Positions 54,036-64,000 of a stretch of DNA of 64,000 nt are shown piece by piece; positions within the stretch are counted from its first letter, which is position 1; every line of letters starts with the position of its first letter. A model generated the notes under the pieces. The model was not told where the DNA came from. It did not search any database and saw only the letters and a program-made list of their open reading frames with translations. A program made the position numbers and the translations under genes. This DNA is from Camelus dromedarius (taxonomy: Eukaryota): contig NC_087436.1 of NCBI RefSeq assembly GCF_036321535.1, positions 7,936,001-8,000,000 on the forward strand, read 5' to 3'.

Positions 54036-54642
54036 TTTTTAATTAACCTTTTCTTTTTATTGAGGTTAAAAATTTGCTAATTGGAAAATGTCACTATTTC
54101 CAGATTATTATAATTGCTTTAGGAACAGGAAATCTAGACCTTTCTTTACCAATATTAGGGATTTCTACTTTCCAGAACTTAATTGTATGAAAAAGTAAAG
54201 TAAAATTAAATAATACATTGAAAAATTGATCAAATATTGTTGTATAATATAAATTATCATAGCACCACAAATGAACCATCACTACAATATATGGTTCCTC
54301 TTGGTAGCTCACTATTCCACAGCCGATGTATGAAAATCTACAATCAACCTAAGCAATGGTCTCACTGCACTGAAGTGAAGCTGTGACAGGAGAATTAAAG
54401 TGCCAAGAAGAAATATATTGATAAAAATGAGCTATATTAGTTCTAATCTCTTTACCCCAACATTTGCTGAATTCCCTCATGCAGTTCAATAGTTCTGATG
54501 TTTTTCAGATAAACTTCAACCCTGTTTTGCCACCTGCTTTATCCCCAAATTGGTTTTGTTTAACACTTGAGTCATATTTGTTGCTGCAGATTTAAGACTT
54601 TAATAATCACAACCTTATAGATTCTTGTTAGTACCATAGAAT

Positions 54643-55162
54643 TGTCATAGGGAAGAACAAATCTGACTCCCTTGGAGATCTGTTCCTTTAGCTCTAACCC
54701 TGTGCTCTGTTTCCTGGGCTCAGTTCTGCTGGTTCTGCACCTTTTATAAAAGAATGTTGCCTAGAGCCTGAAATAGACAGGAGAGCCCATCCTCAAGGCT
54801 CTGACCTTCAAGGATATTAACATTTTTCCATACTTATAGAGATAAAAGTTGCAGAATAGAAAATAACAATTGTTTTGTTGGAGGTTTACAGGGACACCGT
54901 GACCTGACCCACATGGACAGCTGCAAGAACAAAGGATTCCTACACCAAGAAGTTTGCAACAAGCAAGCACGCCCCCTCCCCTTTTCAGTATAAAAGGAGC
55001 CTGAATTCTGACTTGGGGAGGATGGTTCTCCAAGACAGTAGTCTGCCACCTTCTTGGTCTGCTGGCTTTCTGAATGAAGTCGCTAATCCTTGTCCCAACA
55101 CCTCATCTCCCAATTTATTGGCCTGTCATGTGGCCAGCAGAATGAGTTTGGATTTGGTAACA
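54643..55162 (+). mobile_element. Solo ERV1-type (MER41-like) LTR
   Basis: 'tgtcatagggaag...tttggtaaca'. TSD gaat/gtat (1 mismatch). TATAAAA near 54990 and a degenerate polyA signal 'aatgaa' near 55073. Confidence 0.88.
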
Positions 55163-57009
55163 GTATTATTTCAAACATATATTTTCCCAAATCAAAAAAG
55201 TAGGAGAGGGTATTACTAAAACACTAGCCACTGTCATTATTTTCATACTATTTTTTTGTCTTGTTTTGTTTGTTTGTTTATTTAATTTAGTGAACAATGA
55301 TAAAGAGGATTGTAGAGGTAGGAATCAGGTTCTAAAAATACTGGAAGGAAATTAAATGTTTACTACTGAATCTATAACTATGAATTGCTACATTCCATCA
55401 CTTGATTTTACTCTCTTCCTTCCTCTCAAATTGCTATATAATTATAATTCCCAGGAATGAGTTTAGAATGGGTTAACATTATTCTTAAATAATTGCTGAC
55501 ATGAATCTTTTTTTGGATTTAGTTGACATCTTTTAAAACAAAACAGTAACAACTTTACACTTCTACTAAATTATACAGTACTTTTTTTGAGAGTCATTAT
55601 TTGGTTTAGAAGAGAAGTTGATCACATTCCTAGAGACTGGTGATGTATCTTGCATCTAAGAATTGTCAGATAAATGAATAATGGATAGCATAGAGATACA
55701 GCCATTGATGGAAACACTTGCCAGTGTATATTTACTAACTATAAAAAATTCTGTATTATTTTCAAGTCTTCTTCTATATCTAATAAGAGGACATAATGAA
55801 TATAAATCTCTTGAATTACTGTTGATGAGTTTTTGGTGGAATTTTTATGATGATTAAGTTACTTGTCTCTTGTCTCAAACTTATTTATAAATTGTGTACA
55901 TATATGTGAAACACCATGCATATGTGTGTGAATGTGTTTGTTATTGTCTATCTGTCCATCTTTAAAATCAACACAGTGACTGATTTAGAAAGTGAGAGAA
56001 AATGTACTGAATGTGATACTTTGATTACTGACATAATTATTGCACATTATAGAAAATGAGAAAGCCTGTGAGTCTTTTAGGGAAAAACAAATAAACGTAA
56101 ATAAACAAATGCTTACTATACACTCATCTTCGATGTTACACTGATAAAAATATGCAGTTGCTTCACATATCAACATAAAGTCCTCAAGGCAATGGACAAA
56201 AAGTGCTGCTGATTTTGGTTGTCCTATTTTTTATAAGCAGGTTGAGACAACTCTAGATACCCAAGACTGATCTGGATGAATTAACCTTGGCAGCAGAGAG
56301 TAGCGCTGGCACAGATCACATACACCGTCCCACACTTCTCAGTGGAAAGGCTGCCTGGGGCAGCGTATTGAAAAGATTTCAGTGCTACGTGATGCTTTGG
56401 AATGCTAACGAGTCCATAGACTTTGCCACAATTGTTCACTTCCTCCAATCAATGCTTTTAATATTAGATGATAATGCTGTTTTCAGCACTGCATACTTTA
56501 TAGCCCTGTTCTGCTATAGGATACACTAAAAGCATTAACATTTGGAAATACTCATGTGGACTGTATTTTAAGTTTATGGTGAGAAATTAACTCAGATCAG
56601 TTTTACATCCTATTGCTTCGTGACCTAGTTACATATACTGAGTCTCAACTTTTCCTCAATAAACAACCTATCTGTTGTGTCCACACATTTAATTTCCTTA
56701 ACAAAAGCTGCTGCCCATAATCCTTTCACTGTTTTGATGATATGCAAAGTGTCTTCTATAAAAGCTTCATCCTGCAATCACTGTAGCAGGGCATTCTCAT
56801 CGCCACTTTTGAGTTTATGGCTGCTTTCAATCTTCTAAGTAAACGCTGTCTTTCCAAGTACCTAGGGATCCCCTCCCACCTTTTTACCCACCATGAAAAA
56901 TATTGCAGTCTTCCCCAAATGCTGATGCACAAATCATATTAATTCATTAAATAAAAAATTTTGGCTGAAAAATTACTAAGTACACCAAATGGTTTTAGAC
57001 ATTAAGAAA

Positions 57010-57360
57010 GATAAAATACCATATGATATCACTTATATGTGGAATTAAAAAAAAAAAAAAAGACAAACTTATTTACAAAACAGAAACAGACCCACAGACA
57101 TAGAAAACAAACTTATGGGGGTGGGAAGGGATAAACTGGGACTTTGAGATTTGCAGATACTAACCACTATATGTAAAATAGATAAATAACAAGTTTATAT
57201 TGTATAGCACAGGGAACTATATTCACTATCTCGTAGTAACTTATGATGAAAAAGAATATGAAAATGAATATATGTATGTTCACGTATGACTGAAGTTTTA
57301 TGCTGTGCAATAGAAACTGACACATTGTAAACTGACTATACTTCAATAAAAAAAAAATAC
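57010..57360 (+). mobile_element. LINE-1 3' end (camelid-like subfamily)
   Basis: 'ccatatgatatcacttatatgtggaat', 'tttgagatttgcagatactaacc', 'tatgttcacgtatgactgaag', then an A tail. Confidence 0.92.
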
Positions 57361-57661
57361 AAAAAAGAAAATACATTTAAAAATCATCCCCAAATCTAAA
57401 TGTATGATCCTGACTCAGAAGGTTTAGTTCAACCACGTATTTTCTTGACACTTCTAACTTCTTGCCCTGTCCATGCTTTGAAATATTTACATATATGCAT
57501 TAGAACATATCTGTCTTCTTTCTCTATGACACTTTTTCTTTCCTTCATATTTCAAAATTTCCAATCTAATATGAATTGTTCCTCACCCTTATTCAGTCAG
57601 CGTGGCCAAATTCTAGTCTACTTCCATAAAGTCTTTCTAAAAAACTTAATTTAGTTTGATT

Positions 57662-57750
57662 TAATTTTTATTGAAGTATAGTTGATTTACAATGTTGTGT
57701 TAGTTTCTGGAGTACAGCAGTGATTGAGTTACACATATACATAATATATA
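57662..57750 (-). mobile_element. Short LINE-1 3' tail inserted in an L2-like tract (about 57400-58030)
   Basis: 'ttttattgaagtatagttgatttacaatgttgtgttagtttc'. Confidence 0.8.
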
Positions 57751-58189
57751 TGTCCTTTTAAACCCATCCTTTTCCTGAGTGTTCACTTCCCACTGAACAA
57801 ATTCTGACCCACATTTTCTCCCACTATTGGACCATAATAGATGCCCGCTCAAGGGTTTCCTGCTTTCATCTTTTTCTTGGTACGCTCCATTCTAGAACTC
57901 TATCTAGGATGCATCTAGAACTCCATCTAGAATTCCTCTGGAGTTCAAGTCACTACCCAGCACCTAGACAAGCTTGTGACTAAAGTATATATATTTAATA
58001 AATTGCTTTCATATGATTAAATATATTTCAATCTTCAATTGAACCACAGGACCAATTAGCACCAACTTCATCAAGGGCAGGCAGAGTATTGTGCATGTTA
58101 GCACGACAGCCTGCCCCCACTGCTAGCATTGTTCCCGTCCTAGGCTCTGTGTTCTGGCTTTTACTAGTGAGCTCATATTCGACCCTTTT

Positions 58190-58565
58190 TCTCTCTTGAA
58201 ATCTGGGACTCTAAACATATATGCTAGACCATTATATGTTATTCCACAGGTTAAAGAGGCCTTGTTCATTTTCTTTACCCTTTTCTTTCTCTACTTCAGT
58301 TTGGATAATTTCGATTGCTATGTTCTAATTTTCACTAATATTTTAGTCTAAATTTATTCTGCTAGGTCAGTTCAGTGAACAGATATATTATCATTCCTAT
58401 TTGTCTATCAATCTATCTCCAAGTTTTAAAAGTTCTGTTTGATTCTTTTTAAAAACATCTTCCATGCCATCCCCCATCATCTTCACAATTTACTTTAAAA
58501 CTTTATAAATATTGTTAACAGCTGTTTTAAACTCCCTATTCACTAATTCTACCATCTCTGACATT
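58190..58565 (-). mobile_element. Old LINE-1 ORF1-region fragment
   Basis: 'cttcagtttggataatttcgattgctatgttc', 'ttaacagctgttttaaactcc'. Confidence 0.6.
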
Positions 58566-59079
58566 TTTTTTTTTTCTTCAATTGTTTACTTGGGCTCTGA
58601 CTCAAAGAGTCTGGCCTAACTCTGGAGGCTGCTGAGGGGCATGCTGGGAGACATAGTCCCTGATTCCTGTAAGAATTGACACTGGATGTTAACTCTGAAG
58701 TCAGAGTTCACTTCCCAGAATACAGATAGGACTCTTCTATGTACATGAGTGCCTACTGCCTTCCAGGAAGATTTCAAAATGCTCAGTGCACCTCATGATC
58801 TGTCTGTGGTTGCCTCTCCAATCTCATCTATTCTGTACCTAAAGCTTTGCAGAAAATCTGTTGTATTTTCTTACCCTCTATTTATTAAAACCCAAATCAA
58901 ACAGCCTGAGACTCATGCAATGAGTTTTGGGAAACATACAGTGGGTTAGACATCTTTCATCCATGCTCATTCTGTACCCAGCGGGTATTTATATGGCATT
59001 CTTAGAATGATTTTCATTACACTTTTCCTCACACTAAGTCATACAGATGAGGCTGGTTTTTAAGAAGTACGTGTTCATT

Positions 59080-59222
59080 TTAATTACTGAGTTTTAATAG
59101 AATTCATCAGAACCTGCCTTAGAGGTTCCGAATCTTAGTTTCCCAAAGTGGCGTCAGGTGTCTTTATTTTAGAATCTCCATAAGTAACAATGAAACAGAG
59201 CCAGGGTTGTAAATCACTGCAC
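59080..59222. mobile_element. MER5A-like hAT element
   Basis: 'ccttagaggttccgaatc...ttagaatctccataagtaa...gccagggttgtaaatcactgc'. Confidence 0.5.
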
Positions 59223-60599
59223 TGGAAGGCAGGGCCATAGGTCCCTATACTCTTACCGCCTGGTATAATGCCTAAGCTTCAGTAGGCAGTCAAGAAATCT
59301 GTTGAGTTTGTAAATATACAACTTTTCTGCATTTAACATATATACAATTTACATAGCTAATATTTGCTTAAATTATATTTGCATATAAACGCATTTGTTG
59401 TGACTCCTCATTTTAAAAGGGGATCAGAGGTAGAAAAATCAAGAATGTTTATGCATTTGTGATGCTCAAGTTGGTGCCAATGAATTTATTTTTCCCATAG
59501 TACACTTGCACACAGAATACCCAATTGTATGATCTTTTACCTCAAATACTTTGATTTTGTGTAAGGGATGATGAAAACATGTTCATATATCTTCTTATAA
59601 AGAATCATACACTCTGAAATACTTTCACAAGTACAAGACATTATAACAAAATTGTGAGAACTTTACAACTTGGCTTTCTTAAATGCACACTAGCTACATT
59701 TACATGATAAGGCTCTCACTAGAGAATAAACCAAGAATTACAGACTGAAATAAACATTCTCATATTTATTTTACCACCATCATTACTCAGTTTAGAAGCT
59801 AGATACAACCTCACCGTACTTTTGCAATCTCCTTTCATTTTAGCTCAGTGATTTGTGAGGTCGATGTATTATCCTATGTGGTAATTATTTTTCTTTTTAT
59901 TTTATTTTGGCGGACTTGCAAGCCCTTCAACCAAGGATTTAACCACAAAGAAAACAGAGCGTAAGAGCTAGTCATCCAACATCAAAGCGTTAGGCAAGCT
60001 GTGCCATGTCTGCCTTGATAATGATGCATTTTCAAAAATTCAAAAGCTTCAAGAACAACATATTTTAGAGATAACCATGTGTTATACATTGGGCTTGGGT
60101 GACCTTACTTTAGAAAGCTGCCCTTGGTTTGCTTTCAAATAGGTAAGTCCTGCTGTATACTTTTGCATTTCTTGTCTTAGCGCAGATACATGAAATAATT
60201 TGAATGAGGCGTTTCCTGTCTTTCAATGTTGGTTATGTTAAATCATCGTCTTTTAGGCTGCATTATTTTCTTCTCATGCGTTCCTGTTTTCACTGATCAC
60301 CTGTTGAGTACCACAAGGTGAAATATGCTTAGAGGTTATTAGAAATATCCACCATGTGGACCATGATCCTCGCCCCCCAGGAGACTTAGGGTAGAGACAG
60401 CAATACTACAAAAATAACCACCCAAAGTTAATAGGTGATGCAATCAGCACACATTTATTCTCGTCTCTTCAAAACTACCAACTGGCCATTAAGCACAGGT
60501 GAATAATTTGAACCTTCTGGCTCTCAACTTCCTCACCTAATATAGGAAAATAAGTTAGATTCGTTTTCAGCAGCCATGTGGGCACAGGTACAAGACATG

Positions 60600-60700
60600 G
60601 TCTTGGTGGGTTCGTGGCTTGTGCTCCCAAATATGGATCTCTTGGCCCCAGTTTCCCCATCTGTGAAATGAGAAGACGGGACTGACATTTCTCACGCTAA
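60600..60700 (+). mobile_element. MIR fragment
   Basis: 'ccccagtttccccatctgtgaaatgagaa'. Confidence 0.5.
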
Positions 60701-61499
60701 GTAGCCACAATCCTAAAGCTTGCTGCAACCACAGCAGAATAATTTGTTGTGAAAGGAAACACAGTGTAAGCCTTCGGTCTCCAGGACTGCATGTAAGATA
60801 TCTAGACATGCCTTGCTTCTGTTTTAGATGAAATGTGAAGAGAAACTCTGGGTTTTATTCTGCCGCCATCACATAAAATCTTTATTTGGAAAATTATTTT
60901 CAAAATTAATTTTTAGTTCTATAGTCTTGCCTATTCTGTTCATGAATAAAGGAGGCAAATGATAGCTAATGAGAACCAGCAGTGTACGGGGTCTTTGTTG
61001 TCAGTGTGGGAAGCTATTTTTGATACACTGATTGACAACAGCCAGCTAGCAACCATCTCAGCCTTTGTCTTGCACTTTTGCCAATATTCGATCTTAATAT
61101 TTCAATCCTGTATCTTTTTTTATTAGATAACATCCTGGGAGGCTTCAGCCCAAACAGCTGTAAAATTCTTGGACTGGTCACATGTGTCCACAAATTATGA
61201 ATGGTTAGTCATTCTTACTTGCTGATGGAGTGAAAAATAAAATATCTCCTTTGAGGGTGGTTTCTGCAATCACTCCTGGATCATTTGCTCTCTGGAGCCA
61301 TCTAAATCCCTGGCCTCAGCTTCAAGCCCCTTGAATTTGTTCAGGTGATAATGGTCCCATTAGTGGGATAAGTAGAATTTTATCTTTCCATTCCACACTA
61401 ATTCAGGGATGACTTGAATAAAGTACTATGTTTCCCAGAATTGTGGAAATGCTCAGAGGAACTGGTATTTCATTTTACACATGCGCACTGATACAGATA

Positions 61500-61542
61500 T
61501 GTGTGTACACACACGTATGTGTACACACACACACACACACAC
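61500..61542. repeat. (TG)/(CA)n microsatellite
   Basis: Directly visible. Confidence 0.88.
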
Positions 61543-61854
61543 GACCCAGTCAGTTAGAATGCTTGGGGCTTTTCCACCTGGATACATTCTGATGTAACTT
61601 ACCAATGCTACTCCCAGAAATATCAGCCTTCTCCCAGCTCCTCACTCTTCAGTCTGTAGGAAATTTCCAAATGGCAGTGTATCAAACACACCCTGAGGCG
61701 TTCTTCAACAGGTTGAACTTTTGTACTTAAGATATCAAATCAGTTGATTCCAAGTTCTACAAAAGGGAGAATTCTCTGCATGGGCCTCATTTCAAAGAGG
61801 GACTGGTCCCTCCTGACAATTCTGTAACATAGACTTCAAAAGTTGCTGAGACTA

Positions 61855-62005
61855 GCTCTTAATTGTTCTCATACAAAAAAAGAAATGATAATCATGTGAC
61901 ATGATGCTGCGGTGGTCATCACATGGCAAGAGATAAGTGGGTCAAATCAACCCATCATAAATCTTAAGCTTACACAGTATTATATCTCAATAAAATGAGG
62001 GGAAA
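61855..62005 (+). mobile_element. LINE-1 3' UTR tail (same type as 3005-3728)
   Basis: 'ttctcatacaaaaaaagaaatgataatcatgtgacatg...ttatatctcaataaa' parallels 3563-3717. Confidence 0.85.
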
Positions 62006-63829
62006 GAAAACAAACCCAAAACAAAAATCCAAAATCCTCCCCATAGGCAGACATAAGGGTCTCAGACCTATGGAAAGAGGCAAAAAGGTACAGGGAACAA
62101 CGATGTTTATCTCTTCTCACCAGAAGCATCTGACCCAAGATTCCTGCCCAGAGAAGAGGCTCAAGAATCCTTGTTTTCTCTAGAAGAATTATTAAAAGGT
62201 AAATCATTATCAAAACAGGGAAATCAAATTTTCTATTTGTCATGATCAGTGGAATATTTATTATTTACGTAAGTAATTCTGATGGGTGCATGTAAAGTCC
62301 TTTACATTTTACATATGATGTCATTATTATAAATTCATACTTATTTACAAATGATATCATTATACTTATAATAATTATATTATTATATATTCATGTTATT
62401 ATATTGAATCCAAGAGCAGCCAGGTCTCATTTTAAATATATTTGTTGCTCTTAGAAGGAAAAAATAAGTCTATATTTAAGTTAAAAAATTAGTACAAAAA
62501 TATCATGATAAACTTCTTGATTCATTAATCTGCCACACTGGTGGTACTATCTCTAAATTAAATGTAGACCTATGTGTGTTAAACATATGTGATATTGATA
62601 ATCTTGTTATGTCATGCAGATATAATCTGAGAAATCCAGCTAAAACTCAAATTCATTCTCACACCATTTTCACCCAATGTTTATATTCTGTTTGATGCAA
62701 TCATTGTTTACATATGAATAGATTTATTCAATTTCATCCTTGGGAGGTGAACTTATATTACTGCCCCTTCTAAAAGGAAAGGAAACAAAGGTATTTGGAA
62801 ATTCAATGACTTCAGCGTATTTACACAGCTAGTCAGTAGTGAAGTTAAGTTTGGCTTTCTTGACATAGCCAAGCACACCTCACGCTGCGCCTGGACTTAC
62901 ATGGCTTATCGTCGTCTTAACATACATCTTATAATCTGTACAACAGCTTTATCCAAAATAAAAGTATATTTTCTAAGTGTTGCATATAACTATCAGTCAT
63001 CTATTCGTTTATCTCTTCTATAAGACTATTTATCAATCTGTCTATGAGCAATCTATTCCTTATCTTAGAAAGATACAGGTCACTCTCATAACTACTGATT
63101 TAAAATAATCTGTTGTTCATTTCTCAGGCTCAAAGTAGAAAAATCAAATTCTCCTAATCATTCTAGTCATCCTTGCTTTGATTTTAGTTTATGGAAAGAA
63201 AGCATACTTGATGACTTGCCATGCATCTCACTATTATTTCAATTTTAAATGTAATGACTCTTCTCTCAGTGCCTTAAACAATAAAGAAAGTAATGAAACA
63301 TCCTGCATATGTTTATATCTTGAAAAGGTGTTACTTTCATATTGACTTTTAAGGAATGACATTGTGTATGGTATATATTTACCTGACAGAGTTGACAGAT
63401 TACTAGAGAAACTGTAATGTGAAAAAATAACTGTGGTCAATATAACTCTGTAAAAATGAATGCACGTTCTTTAAGTTTACCAAAGAGCTTCCAATACCAG
63501 TGAACAATAATACAATAAGTAAGATTAAATTTCAGGTTGCTTAAAATAAATATTTAATTTTCCCCTTAGTAAAATTATAAAACGAGCATAGTTTGACAAT
63601 ATATAGGAAGGTGCAGACAGGATAATTATAATAAAAAAGACTTCTCTCTTATAAGTATATTGTTTAATCCTCCATTTTAGGTTGCCATATTTTTCTTTTT
63701 GGCTGTGTTCTAATTTTAAATTTTGTGTCATCTACGTCAACAGTTGACTTACTCTAATCAATATAGCAGAGGAAGCTATTTAGATTGAAATTTTTATCAA
63801 TTATGTTGACGTGATCTCCTTTTATATAG

Positions 63830-64000
63830 TGTTACTTGGTTGCCACAAAACCCGCGTCTTGCGCACCGAAAGCCAGATTGAGACTTGGAGGCAGAGTTTG
63901 GGGAGAAAAACAATAGTCATATTGCTTTGCCAGGGAACGGGGAGTCACAGGAGACTCATGCCTTGGTGACTGTGAATCCACCCTGGGGTTGGGGTCTTGA
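63830..64000 (-). mobile_element. ERV1-type LTR, truncated by the window edge
   Basis: Abrupt change to GC-richer sequence beginning 'tgttacttggttgcc', with 'gagacttggaggcagagttttggg...ttgctttgccaggg'. Confidence 0.7.

Noticed and set aside
54761..55219. Three overlapping ORFs
   Set aside because: They lie within or just past a solo LTR; chance ORFs.
1..64000. CRISPR array, operon-like system, tRNA/rRNA genes, CpG-island promoter or endogenous non-retroviral virus
   Set aside because: I saw no regularly spaced repeat-spacer array, tRNA cloverleaf, rRNA-like tract, CpG island or long ORF. The window reads as mammalian repeat-rich non-coding DNA.

Overview
AT-rich, non-coding mammalian genomic DNA (intergenic or deep in a very long intron). 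The L1 3' UTRs are cetartiodactyl-type and I see no Alu, B1, CanSINE, PRE-1, CHR or Bov-A/BovB elements, which suggests a camelid (inference). I cannot support any intact protein-coding gene, RNA gene or CRISPR array. The ORF track consists of chance ORFs and decayed L1 ORF1/ORF2 pieces. Most recognisable sequence is transposon-derived: a 5.5-kb non-autonomous ERV1 provirus on the minus strand (17565-23036; two LTRs, ACAG TSD, PPT, splice donor, decayed gag), five or six other LTRs, a 3.3-kb 5'-truncated L1, an old L1 5' half, about ten L1 3' tails, and L2, MIR, MER33 and MER5 fossils. The most unusual features are two: a retroposed polyadenylated non-TE fragment nested in an LTR that is itself inside an L2 (33.55-33.89 kb), and a 54-bp fold-back insertion apparently templated from an LTR about 1 kb downstream (46340-46393). 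I found no evidence for a new multi-gene biological system. Family names come from by-eye recall and need RepeatMasker/Dfam confirmation.
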